Virus record (IMG/VR): IMGVR_UViG_3300020349_000009
DNA: 64,000 nucleotides
Direction: 5' to 3' (one strand)
DNA from: an uncultured virus (IMG/VR IMGVR_UViG_3300020349_000009)
Taxonomy: Duplodnaviria; Heunggongvirae; Uroviricota; Caudoviricetes
Positions 1 to 11,800 of this stretch are shown here, one piece after another. Below the pieces are notes generated by a model. That model made no database searches and was not told the origin of the DNA. It saw only the letters and a program-made list of their open reading frames with translations. Positions within the stretch are counted from its first letter, which is position 1. Every line of letters starts with the position of its first letter. The position numbers were made by a program, and so were the translations under genes.

Positions 1-72
1 TACTTGAACCACACCACGAGATCCATCGCCCATCTTAGGATTGTATGCAGTACCTGCTGTTAATTGTGCCAT
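1..72 (-). CDS. 5' part of a hypothetical protein running off the window (MAQLTAGTAYNPKMGDG...)
   Basis: ATG at 72 preceded by AAAGGAA; frame open to the window edge, directly downstream of the fibre gene. Confidence 0.55.
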   Translation of the reverse strand, partial: MAQLTAGTAYNPKMGDGSRGVVQV

Positions 73-94
73 TTTGTTTTTCCTTTAGTTTAGA

Positions 95-2113
95 TTAAGA
101 TACGGCTACGATTAAGCCATCTTTGATTGTTAAAGTTGCTGAAGCTGATGCAGAGCCTGTGAATCCAGCTGTGCCATCAGATGACTTGTAGCCGCCTGAA
201 GGAGTTACAGTGCCGTTTACATTTACATTACCACTGCTATCAGCGACAACCATTGAACCATCGCCAGTGACTGGTACAGTTATGTCATAATTGCCAGCCC
301 AATTCTCACTTGCGGGTCTAAAAGTTACTTTATGCTCGCCTGCATTATCGTAATCAGCTTCCCTTAAACTAAGTTGACCACCTAAAGAGCTATTCCCTTC
401 AACTGCAATACCTGCTGTAACTGTTTGGAATTTTCTCTCACCACCATTGTAAAGTTGAACACTACCAGCACCAGCAAACAAATTCTGGTTGCTTCCATTT
501 TTTAAATAAAGATTCTGCCCTTTAATAGTTAAACTACCACTTGCATCACTTTCAGTTATTGTCGAATCATTACCGTCAGATTTGATTTCTAGGTTGCCAT
601 TAAACGTAAGAGGCTCGTTATCGCCTAAAGTGATAGCGTCAGCAGTTACAGTACCTGTTACATTAACACCAGCCGCAACACTTCCAGTGCCATCAGATGT
701 TTTTAACTTCATAGCTCCAGCAGAATAAAGAGCCACATCTTTATTTTCGAAAGTTTGAATAAAACTTTGTGAGGCATTTGAATTTGTGATGTTTATATTT
801 TCGCCCTGAATAGTTAGACTTCCAGAGCCGTTGCTTTCTTTAATGTAAGAATTATTGCCGTTATGATAAATTAATAAATCATCACCTGCTCCAACACTTA
901 ATCTATTTGTTGCGCCTGCCGCATTGCTAGCATCGCCAATAGACACTTCGCCTGTTACGTCTATGCCTGTAGGAGATACAAGCATTGTTCTATAGTCTGC
1001 GGCATCACCATCACCAGTATAAAAATGTATATTATTAGCTAGGTTAGCCCCATTTAGTGTGCCGTTACCAGTAACAATCCTTAGCTTGTTATCACCATAA
1101 ATCTTCACTCCATTGTTGTCACCAATATTTATTCTTTTATCGGTTGAGCTACTAGACTCTTGTAATAAAATTCTGTCACCAGTAATGTATAAATGTTTGC
1201 CTTCCGTTGTATTAGCTTCTGCTATATGTGAATGACCGCTTGCATCTACAAAAATTTGTAAACCGTCAGTGGCATTATCGCCTTGAAAAAATGAAAGTTT
1301 ATGGCCATTTTGTATATCAACTTCGCCATTAATTACTGAATTACCATCTATCGTTAAGCCATCAGCAGTTACAGTACCTGTTACGTCTATACCTGTAGTA
1401 AAAGTACCATTAGTTGAGTTAGGAAACGTCACAACCTCTACAACACCAGAGGACACCGCAGTATTCAAAGTAACCTGTGTAGATGATGTAGTGTAATCTC
1501 CAGCACTGCCAGAACCTTTAACAAGTAAGACTCCGTTTAGGAAGACTAGCGTATTGTCATCAACAGGAGTTGACGGTGTAAAGACTGTAGTGCTTGTAGA
1601 GATAGCAAAGGTTTGTTTAGTGCCTCTGTTATTAACGGACTCCCAAGCACTTCCAGTGTAAATCTGTAACAAGCCTGTAGCAGTGTTAAAGAATAAGTCA
1701 CCTGCTGTACCTGATGAAGGTGCGCTAGTACCTGAGCTATAAAACGTAGATGCTGCTAAGTTAGTCTCACTAGCTGTGTCTAAGGCTTCCTGTGCTATAA
1801 AGAACAACTGGTTTGCATCAGCATCTAGTGTGTCAGCGGTCAGCAACGAAGCATCAGCATAATCATTAAGACGTGTAGCTTGGCTAGATGCTCGAGTTAT
1901 TCTTATTGTTTGGCCATTGAAAGGTAAGTAGCCTGCATTAAAGGTAACTGCTGTACTCGCTAACTCGTAATGAAGCCCCTGTATTTTTAGTGACCCGTCC
2001 ACCGTGACCTTTATATCAGTAGCCCCTCTACCTTCGAGATAAGGGGGTGCTGTGTAGATAGTGGAGGTAGTTATAGAGCCAGCTGCTGTGTACTCTGTAT
2101 ATGAATATGCCAT
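95..2113 (-). CDS. Tail fibre protein, T7 gp17-like N-terminal anchor (module A)
   Basis: N-terminus with IRITRAS..TRLNDY.DASLLTA..LD....QLFFIAQEA typical of the T7 fibre attachment domain; G/T/S-rich TGIDVTG repeats; follows the gp16-like gene. Confidence 0.85.
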   Translation of the reverse strand: MAYSYTEYTAAGSITTSTIYTAPPYLEGRGATDIKVTVDGSLKIQGLHYELASTAVTFNAGYLPFNGQTIRITRASSQATRLNDYADASLLTADTLDADANQLFFIAQEALDTASETNLAASTFYSSGTSAPSSGTAGDLFFNTATGLLQIYTGSAWESVNNRGTKQTFAISTSTTVFTPSTPVDDNTLVFLNGVLLVKGSGSAGDYTTSSTQVTLNTAVSSGVVEVVTFPNSTNGTFTTGIDVTGTVTADGLTIDGNSVINGEVDIQNGHKLSFFQGDNATDGLQIFVDASGHSHIAEANTTEGKHLYITGDRILLQESSSSTDKRINIGDNNGVKIYGDNKLRIVTGNGTLNGANLANNIHFYTGDGDAADYRTMLVSPTGIDVTGEVSIGDASNAAGATNRLSVGAGDDLLIYHNGNNSYIKESNGSGSLTIQGENINITNSNASQSFIQTFENKDVALYSAGAMKLKTSDGTGSVAAGVNVTGTVTADAITLGDNEPLTFNGNLEIKSDGNDSTITESDASGSLTIKGQNLYLKNGSNQNLFAGAGSVQLYNGGERKFQTVTAGIAVEGNSSLGGQLSLREADYDNAGEHKVTFRPASENWAGNYDITVPVTGDGSMVVADSSGNVNVNGTVTPSGGYKSSDGTAGFTGSASASATLTIKDGLIVAVS

Positions 2114-2118
2114 TTGTT

Positions 2119-5100
2119 TTATTCTCCGAGTTCTGCTGCAAGAGCATTTGTTGGGATACGCATTAAGGGATGATTACTCATTATCATTCCACCTAAACCT
2201 CGTAGCCCTTGTTCTGTTACTTCTTCTCCCATTATTCCTTTTCCTATAGTGTCTACACTTTGATAACCTTTCTGAAATAGCTGGATTGTTGGGTTTTGAA
2301 TAATACCCATAGGGTCTAAACCGTTATAACCTAACGGGTAAGTACCTATGCCGCCCATGCCTATATAACTTAAAACAGCCCTACTCATTGTTGCAGGTTC
2401 AAAAGCTTTTTCAAGCATTTCTTCTCTGTCAGAACGGCCTTCAAGGTTCATGTAAGTTCTAGCGGTGTACATTAACGATCCTATAAAAGCAGCACCAAGA
2501 AAGATAGGTACAGGTGTTAAATCACCGTTTTGTAAACGTATCATTTGCCTAGCATATTGCTGTTCATTAGAACCTAAGACAAACCCCCAGAACTGAAATG
2601 CAGTTTTACCCAACTCACTTCGTATAAAAGGATTGGTAGAACCCATGTTAGTTACTTGGACATTCTGCGTAGTGTCTAGTGCTAAGGAATACTCAAAAGC
2701 TTCAACAGCATTTTTGTTTTCCCATTTAGCTAAGTTTAGTGTTTCTAGCTTATCACCGCCTGACCACCTTTTAGAAAAAGTAGCGTGTCGATCAATCATT
2801 TCTTTAATGATCTTCACGTTCTCAGGTGTTAAGTTTAATTGCTTCATCTTAACATCGCTGTATATAGGCTTACCTTTTCTAAGCTGAGTCACGAAGTTAT
2901 CACAAAAGTTAAGTGCATTAAGCCTAGATAAGAATATAGTTACTGGTGATAAACCGCCCGCAATAGACGTATACCTTCTCACATTAGCCATGAACTCATC
3001 TGTTTTAGTGTAATTACTTTGAAATACATCGGACACTTCAGCTATATCTTCATACCTGCCGATAAAATGGCCTGACTTTAGGTCAGTTCCTACACCAGTT
3101 GCGTGTTCAATCTCACGTAAAAGAGAGTTTTCTAAGTTACCTGCTTTAGCTCGTTTTATAATAGAAAGAAATCGAGGAGAATTGCGTAAGCCATGAACAA
3201 TTCCGTTTTCAACCATTACGTTAGATGTTTCTAACAAAGCTGCTAAACCTGCTTGACCCATAAGACGGAAGAAATTAAATTCTCTAATTCTTCTTAATCC
3301 TTTTTGAGTTGTACTGGCCATTTGCTCAGTAACATTGTAGCTACCTCGAATTGTTTCATACATATACTCAAGCGCCCTAATTTCAGGCTGAATTACGTTT
3401 TCTGCGCTAGTACCTTCTGGGTAGCTATCTACAACTTGCCTTAACAACGTGGCAAAACTATCGTCACCATCTATACCTACTTTAGCCAAGGATGTTGCAC
3501 CTGACATTCGGTGTGTATATTGTAATAATAACTTTTCAGTATTACGCTCTACTAAATCTGTTAATCTAAAATCAAAACTTTCTCCAAAGTCGGGGTGTCC
3601 TTCTTTGTAGGGTATTTTAATAGTTATCTTATCATCAATTAACATCCTTCTACGTGCGTGTACGTTAGGAGTTTTAGTTTTATTACTGTCAGAACCACTA
3701 AAGGCCAATGTCAACGCATCTATTTGCTCATCTGTAAGTTCTGGATCAATTTCTTGTAAAACTTCCTTAAGCTCGTCTGCTTCTCTAACACCTTCGTTTA
3801 TATTACCTTTACGGCCTTTATGTGAGTTAAGAAGCCTAGCTCTATATTGATCATTGCTTATAGCCTTCCAATACGCTTTAGCAGCTTTTCTAGCCAGCCG
3901 ATCGAAACCATCTTTACCTTGCGAAGGTCTTTTAGAAACTATCATCTGATAAAAGGCTTCTTCAAAATCTTTTGAACTACCTTTCTGCAAAGCAATTTCA
4001 ATTAGCTCAGGCTTAAACTGACGAGGCATATAATTTTCTAAGAATAGCTTTTCATCTAACCCTTTAACACCAGCATCTTGTGCTTCTTTAAACATATCGT
4101 TCATGTGTTTACGGATAGAGGCAGCAGCTTCAAGAAGAGGCTCAGTCATACCGTCTGGGTTGTTCCCGTTTAAATATAAGAAAAGCCTTTCATTAGCTTC
4201 CTTGTTAGTCATTTGACCTAACTGAGGACGTAGCACTGAATAAGCTTCAGCTATACGACCCATGTATTTTTTATAAAACATATCATGAAGTCTAGAGGCG
4301 TTCATATCGATGTTTACTAAGTTACCTTTAGAATCTCTTAAACCACTAGAGACTAATCCCATTTTAAAACCTAAGTCTCGCACTCTAGGGTTTACTGATT
4401 GCCCTACACGAGCGATGGCTGAGAGTGTTTTACGCATCTTTAAAGTATCCCAAATATTAGTCACCAACTTAGGGACATCTTCGGGATCAACAGGTTGTAC
4501 ATCACGTAGATCATCTTTTTTCTGTTGAGCATCTGCTTTTGCTCCAAAGACCTCTTCTAAGTCTTTTTGAGCTTCAAGCTTTCTAGCTTCATCTGCGTTT
4601 TTAGCTTTATGGTTAAAAACGTGTCTTATTACATCATCGAGTGAAGCTTCAGGGTCAACGTCAATTTTACTTATTGTTGAGTCTAAAAAAGCAGTATTAC
4701 TAATATTACCGTACTTATCTGTTAAGACCCAACCATCTCCATCTTTAGCAATGTAAACAGTTTTATCGCCATCTGTAACAGCCGTAGTAGATCGAACATA
4801 CTTTTCATCGGCCATAACTCCTTTACGTAACGGAGCTGCTGGTTTTATTTTGTATTTAACTTTGTCGATTGTTTTATTGACTAAACCTTGGTAGAGTTTT
4901 GCAAAGCGATAGCTCTCAAAACCTTTACCTTCTAATCGTTCTCTGTTTTTAGCAATACGGCCTTTAGCGCCTAGTTTAATCTGTGCGGCTTTCTGAGAAA
5001 GTTTATCAGTACCATCAATATCAGAAAGGTATCTATTAACTACACCTTTATTGATAACATCCTCTACAATTTCTTCTAGCTCATCCACCGTTTTGGTAGC

Positions 5101-6048
5101 GAACAACTCTTCAAGCTCTTTTTGCATTTCAGCTCTTGAGCCACCTTTAATACCCCAAGTGTTTTCCATGTGCCATTTAAAGCTTTCATCGTCTAACTTA
5201 GCGTATACGGAAGGATTGCTAAAGTCATTTAAGGCTCTTGAGTGTGCATCATCAAACCATTCTTTAGGAACTTTAACAGTCCCTTGTGTAGTGCCAGTGT
5301 CGATAGTGTCGAGTGTGCGAGATTCTTTAGCACTTGGTGTGTGATTAGCAAACTCTTTCTTACCTTTCGGTGTAAGCTCTACGTTATTGTGTTCAAAATG
5401 TTTAGCATCAATGTCACGCATAAGACGGCCTTGTACTGCGCCTATGCCTCCACCAACACCTCCACCTATAAAAGTAGATAAAAGAATATCATCTAGCTCA
5501 CCGTCAGGTCGCATAGCGTAATCCGCAGCACCTATAACAGTACCTTCAGCAGCACCGACAAGCATACCGTTCTTTGCATACTGAGCATAACGGCTTAACC
5601 CTGTGTAGTTTTTAGCAATGTTCTTGCCAAATCCACCGTAAGGTACAAACCATAAAGGAAGAAGAGCTGGGTCAGTAACACCAGCAGCAAGCATAGCACT
5701 AACACTAGAGAACCCTAAAGAACCCATCTTTTCATAAGACTTCATGGTGTTATCAGCACGTTGTTTTTTAAATTCAAACTCAGCTTTACTTTTTGAATTT
5801 ACAATATCTTCAGTAAAAGCTTTGTTGTATGTTTGAGTTACATTAGAAATATCCTCTTCTGTTAAAGAGAAGTTTTCTTCATCTTCAAAGTCTTGGTTAA
5901 AGTCTGAATCCTTGTAGAGCCTGTTAAACCATGTAACATCTCTTGCTGCATCAAACTTTTCACCAAAGGTTGTTTCTTCAGGCTTCTCAGGAATTAATCT
6001 ACCTTCATCAAGAAAGTTGAAGAAATTCTCTTTGGTTTCATTAGCCAT
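2119..6048 (-). CDS. Large internal virion/ejection protein, T7 gp16-like (module A)
   Basis: 1309 aa, position between gp15-like gene and fibre, ENYMPRQ motif, helical composition. Confidence 0.7.
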   Translation of the reverse strand: MANETKENFFNFLDEGRLIPEKPEETTFGEKFDAARDVTWFNRLYKDSDFNQDFEDEENFSLTEEDISNVTQTYNKAFTEDIVNSKSKAEFEFKKQRADNTMKSYEKMGSLGFSSVSAMLAAGVTDPALLPLWFVPYGGFGKNIAKNYTGLSRYAQYAKNGMLVGAAEGTVIGAADYAMRPDGELDDILLSTFIGGGVGGGIGAVQGRLMRDIDAKHFEHNNVELTPKGKKEFANHTPSAKESRTLDTIDTGTTQGTVKVPKEWFDDAHSRALNDFSNPSVYAKLDDESFKWHMENTWGIKGGSRAEMQKELEELFATKTVDELEEIVEDVINKGVVNRYLSDIDGTDKLSQKAAQIKLGAKGRIAKNRERLEGKGFESYRFAKLYQGLVNKTIDKVKYKIKPAAPLRKGVMADEKYVRSTTAVTDGDKTVYIAKDGDGWVLTDKYGNISNTAFLDSTISKIDVDPEASLDDVIRHVFNHKAKNADEARKLEAQKDLEEVFGAKADAQQKKDDLRDVQPVDPEDVPKLVTNIWDTLKMRKTLSAIARVGQSVNPRVRDLGFKMGLVSSGLRDSKGNLVNIDMNASRLHDMFYKKYMGRIAEAYSVLRPQLGQMTNKEANERLFLYLNGNNPDGMTEPLLEAAASIRKHMNDMFKEAQDAGVKGLDEKLFLENYMPRQFKPELIEIALQKGSSKDFEEAFYQMIVSKRPSQGKDGFDRLARKAAKAYWKAISNDQYRARLLNSHKGRKGNINEGVREADELKEVLQEIDPELTDEQIDALTLAFSGSDSNKTKTPNVHARRRMLIDDKITIKIPYKEGHPDFGESFDFRLTDLVERNTEKLLLQYTHRMSGATSLAKVGIDGDDSFATLLRQVVDSYPEGTSAENVIQPEIRALEYMYETIRGSYNVTEQMASTTQKGLRRIREFNFFRLMGQAGLAALLETSNVMVENGIVHGLRNSPRFLSIIKRAKAGNLENSLLREIEHATGVGTDLKSGHFIGRYEDIAEVSDVFQSNYTKTDEFMANVRRYTSIAGGLSPVTIFLSRLNALNFCDNFVTQLRKGKPIYSDVKMKQLNLTPENVKIIKEMIDRHATFSKRWSGGDKLETLNLAKWENKNAVEAFEYSLALDTTQNVQVTNMGSTNPFIRSELGKTAFQFWGFVLGSNEQQYARQMIRLQNGDLTPVPIFLGAAFIGSLMYTARTYMNLEGRSDREEMLEKAFEPATMSRAVLSYIGMGGIGTYPLGYNGLDPMGIIQNPTIQLFQKGYQSVDTIGKGIMGEEVTEQGLRGLGGMIMSNHPLMRIPTNALAAELGE

Positions 6049-6080
6049 ATTGTATACCTTTTATATTTTTAAAGCGTCAG

Positions 6081-7865
6081 CTATCTGTTTTGCTCTTCCT
6101 GTGCTTCTAAAGCTTTTTGATTAACAAACCTTTTAAAATCTTCAGGTGTTAAGGATTTAGAGCTATAAAATATACCATCACCAACAACTTGATACCTGTT
6201 ACTTGTACCTTGCCGTTCTAAGCGTATATGGTCTACATCTAAATGTTCAGCAAGTTCCATTATAAAATCACCTAAGTATTCTGTTTTATCTATATTAGGG
6301 AAAGCTTGGTGAGCTATATCTGTTTCAATGAGAGCGTTATCACCTTTAGTATTAATTTCCATGTACTTACTATTAAGCTCATTACTTATGTGGTCAAAAG
6401 CTTCATCTTCAGGTACACTATAACTCATTAATAAATTAAACTCATCTCTAGCTTTAGCTATTGGAACTTCCATCCCAAGAGGTGTTCCAAAGCTTAGTCT
6501 ACTATTAAGTTCTGCTCTAAAATCTGCGTCATCTTTATCACCCTTAATACCTGTAAAAGGTTTATTAGTCATTAAGACGGCTTGCTCAAAACCCACGATA
6601 CCACTTAATATACGAAGATGATTAAACTTTTGTTCTTGACCTTCGTCAACATAACTAGACACTGCTCGTGGAGCATTAACTCTTAAGTTCTGATAGAGTT
6701 CATAAGCCTCTGTAAGTTCTTTAACATCCTTTTCGTTTTCAATATCAAAGTCACCACTAAGGGCATCTACACGGCTTAACTTTGCTTTCCATTGTTCATT
6801 TACTAAACCTGTTCTAGCCCAGTTATCTGTAAGCTTGGCTAAAACAAAAGGTCTATCTTCTTCTGCAACACCTTCTAATGCTTGTCTAGTTTGTATTAAT
6901 AGTTGCTGCTTAACTCTTGTTTTCATTTGTTCAGCAGTAAACCCAACAGCAGAATAATCTGCACTTATAAAATCATCATATTCTAAACTACCAGTCATTA
7001 AGTCCTTGGCAGCTCTAATTACGATATTGTCCTGCGCTGCTTTTAATTGTGCCTTTGCCTCGCTTACTTCTTTAGCCTTAAGTCTGTTTTCGTAAGCTCT
7101 ATATCCTGATGTTAAATCTGAAGCTTCGGTGGCATTTTTTTGAACTTTAAATACATCTACACCGCTTTGTTTCATATCAATAAGGGCGTTATATAAAGAA
7201 GGGTCGTCCATCTCTAAAGATTGTTTAGCTGCTTTCATAATAAGGCGATTAACGTCACCTCTATCCATGTTCCATCTTGCAGAGAAGTTATTTATTTTGG
7301 TTTCTAAATTAGATAATGATTTATCTTCTCCAGTATTAAACGCAGTAACAAGGTCACTAAAACTATCTTCTTTTCTGTTAGCTGTGTTTTGCTTTTGCCA
7401 AAGGCCGCTTAAAGAAGCTTGCGCTGTTTGCGTTAGGTTCGCATAGCTTTGTTGGACATCTGGGTGTAATGACAACGCATACTCATCTACATCAGCATAA
7501 AAGTCATCTCTATAATCTTGAGTTTGTTGTTCGCTTATGTAGTTACCGTCTACATCAACTCTGTACTTTTCAGGGTTATTGGCTTGATCAGCAGTAAAGC
7601 TATTCTCAGCTATTTCCATTTTAACGGAAAGGTCGTGGCTTTGTTGTTTGATTAGTTTTTCTTCTGCTTCATTAGCTTTCTTTGCCTGTACTTGCCCATA
7701 CCGAGCAACTGCGCCAGAGGCTTGCTCAAGAGCCGCAGCTACTTGCATTCCTTTAGTGTTCCTCTCACCTTGTATGAAGGTATCGACAGGTCTTGCTGCA
7801 ACTTGGTAATCAGGGGCAGCCGCAGCTTGCTTGTAGTTCACTGATTTACTTATTGATGTTGCCAT
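6081..7865 (-). CDS. Internal virion protein, T7 gp15-like (module A)
   Basis: Synteny; N-terminal ARPVDTF motif; A/Q/E-rich helical sequence. Confidence 0.6.
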   Translation of the reverse strand: MATSISKSVNYKQAAAAPDYQVAARPVDTFIQGERNTKGMQVAAALEQASGAVARYGQVQAKKANEAEEKLIKQQSHDLSVKMEIAENSFTADQANNPEKYRVDVDGNYISEQQTQDYRDDFYADVDEYALSLHPDVQQSYANLTQTAQASLSGLWQKQNTANRKEDSFSDLVTAFNTGEDKSLSNLETKINNFSARWNMDRGDVNRLIMKAAKQSLEMDDPSLYNALIDMKQSGVDVFKVQKNATEASDLTSGYRAYENRLKAKEVSEAKAQLKAAQDNIVIRAAKDLMTGSLEYDDFISADYSAVGFTAEQMKTRVKQQLLIQTRQALEGVAEEDRPFVLAKLTDNWARTGLVNEQWKAKLSRVDALSGDFDIENEKDVKELTEAYELYQNLRVNAPRAVSSYVDEGQEQKFNHLRILSGIVGFEQAVLMTNKPFTGIKGDKDDADFRAELNSRLSFGTPLGMEVPIAKARDEFNLLMSYSVPEDEAFDHISNELNSKYMEINTKGDNALIETDIAHQAFPNIDKTEYLGDFIMELAEHLDVDHIRLERQGTSNRYQVVGDGIFYSSKSLTPEDFKRFVNQKALEAQEEQNR

Positions 7866-7877
7866 GTTTATTTCCTA

Positions 7878-8405
7878 TTATGTCATTGCCTTGTAGTCCG
7901 TAGCAGAGCTTAATAATCCACTGCCTATTTGCAAACCAGTAGCCGTTCTACTTGGTCTTGCTACAGAGTTAATACGAGACTGCGCTTTAGTAGCAGCACC
8001 TCTTCTATCTTCCCCTAACTGAGCCGTAGTACGCTCAAGGTTCTGTGTAGTCATGTTGTTAGCTACTAAGCCTTGTCTAACAATGTCTTGTATCACAGCA
8101 TTGTTGTTCAAGGTAAGGCCTGAGTCAGTTGCTTGCGCTCTTGCAGTTATCTGCTGTGTCTCTAGGTCTTGAGCTATCTTCTGCTGTGCTGCCTTCTCTT
8201 GCTCTTGTGATTGACGGAGGTTGATCATTCGCTCTTCATCCATCTTCGCTCTGTTAGCCATCTCAGCGTTAGCCTTGTAAGCATCAGCTTGAGCGTTTGC
8301 GCCTTGGATAGCCCCTAGCGTAGATAAAGCACCTGATGCAATAGCCAAACCTTTTGTGGAGGTAAGGGCTGAGCCTATAGTTGCTAAGGTTGCTGGTTCA
8401 CACAT
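7878..8405 (-). CDS. Internal virion protein, T7 gp14-like (module A)
   Basis: MCEP start, A/Q-rich, hydrophobic G/A-rich N-terminus, synteny. Confidence 0.7.
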   Translation of the reverse strand: MCEPATLATIGSALTSTKGLAIASGALSTLGAIQGANAQADAYKANAEMANRAKMDEERMINLRQSQEQEKAAQQKIAQDLETQQITARAQATDSGLTLNNNAVIQDIVRQGLVANNMTTQNLERTTAQLGEDRRGAATKAQSRINSVARPSRTATGLQIGSGLLSSATDYKAMT

Positions 8406-8862
8406 TTTTCTTAATCCTCACAAATTGGTAGAAGGGCTGTTTCCCTACTCCGTATTCTTCTTCTAGTTTTATGAATTCAAATCCTAATGATTTAAGCCAC
8501 TTCTTCGATACTGTATTATCTACGTGAACGAAATTAAGCAAGAGAGGGTAGATAGTGTTCATCTCCTCTACCCATGTCTTTGCTTGAGGGATAAATTCAT
8601 GCCTTGTTTCTATAATCTTATCTGTCCCCAGTAACCAAGGGCTACCAAAGACAGGGTTGCCAGCTACACCAAACATTCCTACAACACTGCCATCAGCATG
8701 GATGATTGAGTTACACACCTCAGAGACTCTGTAAGCCTCTTGAAGCGCTCTTAAAGGAGCTAAACCATTACTATAGCCTATCTCCGTAACGTCCTGAGAG
8801 CGCATGAGAGGGGCTATCTCACGACAGTCCAAGAACTCACTCTTACGATAATGGTGTCCCAT
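8398..8862 (-). CDS. T7 gp13-like putative acetyltransferase-fold virion assembly protein
   Basis: PWLLGTD, NFVHVDN..SKKWLKSLGFEF motifs; start moved to ATG 8862 (MGHHYR) next to the upstream stop. Confidence 0.7.
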   Translation of the reverse strand: MGHHYRKSEFLDCREIAPLMRSQDVTEIGYSNGLAPLRALQEAYRVSEVCNSIIHADGSVVGMFGVAGNPVFGSPWLLGTDKIIETRHEFIPQAKTWVEEMNTIYPLLLNFVHVDNTVSKKWLKSLGFEFIKLEEEYGVGKQPFYQFVRIKKNV

Positions 8863-8863
8863 G

Positions 8864-11800
8864 CTATATCCTTGTGTTTCTTGAATGTATAAAGCCTTCC
8901 CACTCAGCACTTTGGAAGGTACTGGGTAAGTGAGAGCTGTTGGTTATTGTGATAGCTGTCTCTTTAGCTTGTGATTGTACACCAACTTTAAAAGACCCGT
9001 CATCAACTACGGCTGCATACCCTAAGAGGTTGTTAGCTTGACCTGTAATACGACCAGTGAAGTTAGTGACCTTTGGTGTTCTTCCTGTAGAGACTGTAGT
9101 GACATCAAATGTCCCCGTGTCATTATACTTGAAGTTAATGTTGCGTAGTTGAAACCTAGCTATATCTGTGGTGTCGCCTTGTGCTGGTTTAAACACTTGC
9201 TCAGAAAGCTGATATTTAAAGGTGAAAGGTTCTCCTGCATAGACATAACTGCCTACAGTTGCTCCATTCTCAGTATGTTCCTTGTTATGAATAACAGCAA
9301 CAACTTTAGCTTTAGCTGCATCAGAGTTACCTGTAGCAATTAAATCACCTTTGTGATCTATGAACTGTGTTACGCTAGATGCGGTGTACGCAGTGTTAAG
9401 GTCAGAAGTAGTAAAAGAAGCAGCAGCAGAAGCGCTGGCTTGTAGTTTTACTTGGTGGTCTAAATGAACAGGGTAGTCCTTCTTAGTGAAAGTAGTAGAC
9501 ACCCTATTAAGAGTTATCTCGGTTGGAGCACTTGTGTTATTAAGTAAGGCGTTAAATTGAGTTTCTGTTATAGTAGCGGATATTGTAAGGAGCTGACTAT
9601 TACTTAAGCTATCAAGCGAGCTTTGATTATAGGTTGCATCCAAAGTCAGTGTAGTACCTTCTAAGGTAACAGAGGTTGGATAGTCTTCTATTTTATTTAT
9701 ACCAAGTTTAGTTCGATCTATTGTGCCGAATAAAGCATAAGTGCTTGTGTTCGGAGTAACACTTGTGTTTGTCTCTTTAAACAAAAAACACGATGTAATA
9801 GCCGCATTATTTATAGTACCAAAACCACTGGAGATGTCGGGGCTAAACCCTGAATAATCAACAGCCCTTTCTTGTGAAACAAAACCTTTAAGAATGTAAG
9901 TAAAGCCAGTTGAAGTGTAAGTTGTATTAATAGCAGCAGTAGGTGTTAAGTCAGCTTTAATATCATTAGTAACAACAAAGCTTATTTCAGGTGCTTGTTG
10001 TGACAAGTCCATCTTTTCAAACCTACCATCAGAAAAGGTAATGTATAAGTCAGAGTTATTAAAAGACATATCTACAATATCAGTATCAAATGTCCATTTA
10101 GACCAAGAGCTTTGTAGCCTCTCGCTAGACGAATCATAATACTTATAAATGTATGCCTCACTCTTTACAGAGCTTGTAAGACATATGAGCATATCTTCGT
10201 TAGTAGAGGCTATCATTCGTCTAATGTTACCCTCAAGGTAATAAGGAACGTGTTGTGTGACTAGCGTAGCATCTTTAATCTCAGTGTCATTATCAGTGTA
10301 GTATTCCCTTACACCTGCAAAGCTACCAGCTTTTGTGCCAAAGAATACACTGTTACCTGCACCTACTGGATTTGCTGTAAGATCACACTCAAAGCTCGTA
10401 GAGGTATCTATAGACACTTCTGCTGGTGTGAGGAGTTGGTCAGCGGATAAGGTAAACTGGTTAAGCTCAGAGAACAGTAGGAGCTGCTCTTGGAATGGTA
10501 TAGCAGCCTTTAGTATTGATACTTCATTTTGACTGACTGCTACATCAATAGGAGCAGAGTCAAGTAGGGATCGTACAGTTGTTCTAAATAAGTTGAAGTA
10601 ACCGTTGGCTTCACTAAAGATTACATTCTCGTCTGATAGGAAACCTAAGCGGTTGCGGTGAAAGAAGACATCGTTAATCTTTCCTCCAACAAAACTTGGG
10701 AAAGGGTTAGTGTCATCATCTCCAGCCTTTCTTTCGTCCCATGTACCTGTGGTAAAGCTAAAGCTTTCGTCACCATTCTGTATTAAGGTGTGGGGCATCG
10801 TAGAAGCAGTGAAGGAGTGGTATTGACTAGCGTTAGGTCGTGAAGGAGCTGGACACTCTGTCCAAGAACCTGCTGTATTAGAGCCACTATACTTAACGTA
10901 AAAGTTATCTTCTTTCTTTTGATTATCACCTATGACTTGTATGGTAAAGTTTTCCTGACAGTATTTAGGAAGGGTAGTAAAAGTAGCTACTGTGTCTTTA
11001 TGACTGAATAAGCTATTACCACCGTTATCGTCTGTCGCCTGTAACTTAAAATCTGTCGTACTATGAGAGATTGTAAAGAAGGGTAGTCCACTACCAGCAT
11101 ATCTTATGTGGCCGTTTGCACTAGGAAACGTCATAGACCCAGAAGAAGAGGCTGCGCCTCCAGAGGCAGCTAAGCCTGAAAGAGTCGCTATTATACTACC
11201 TGTTCTTAAGCTATCCTTTTCCGAAGCCTCGCTTCCATCTTTAGTTATCCAGAAACCTCTATCTAATTGAACGTCACTCGTATTTAGTAATCTAGCGTCA
11301 TAAACCTTATCGTAATCAGTACTCTTTAAATAAAACATCCCTTCGTGGGGTCTTACATTATCAGGAGATGTTTCATCTCTAGCCACAACCTTTTCTTTAT
11401 TTACATAAAACGTGTAGTCAGCCACAGAGGTTGCCGTGACTTGTTGGCTGTTAAGGCTTGTGCCAAAGTATGCGCTAAGTATAGCTGCATCTGAGTTAGT
11501 AGCTAACTGTGAGCCTGTTGCACTCCAACTTCTTACTCCTGACTCGTACCGAAGTCTACCTTCAATGTCATAGACGTAGAGCTTAGGTGTTGCTGGTACA
11601 AGGATAACAGTAAACTGTTCTGCAGCACTTCTCTTGTACGTGTGGATGTGTGCTGTTGATAGCTCAGTAGCTGTTAAGTACGTGCTGCTTGTAGGGCTAC
11701 CTGTATTTAACTTTCTTAAAAATTTAGTATGGGGTCGTTTCTTTAAACCATCAACAACGTCAGATAAACCGTTTTCCTGTACTTCCCCTTGCGTACCCAA

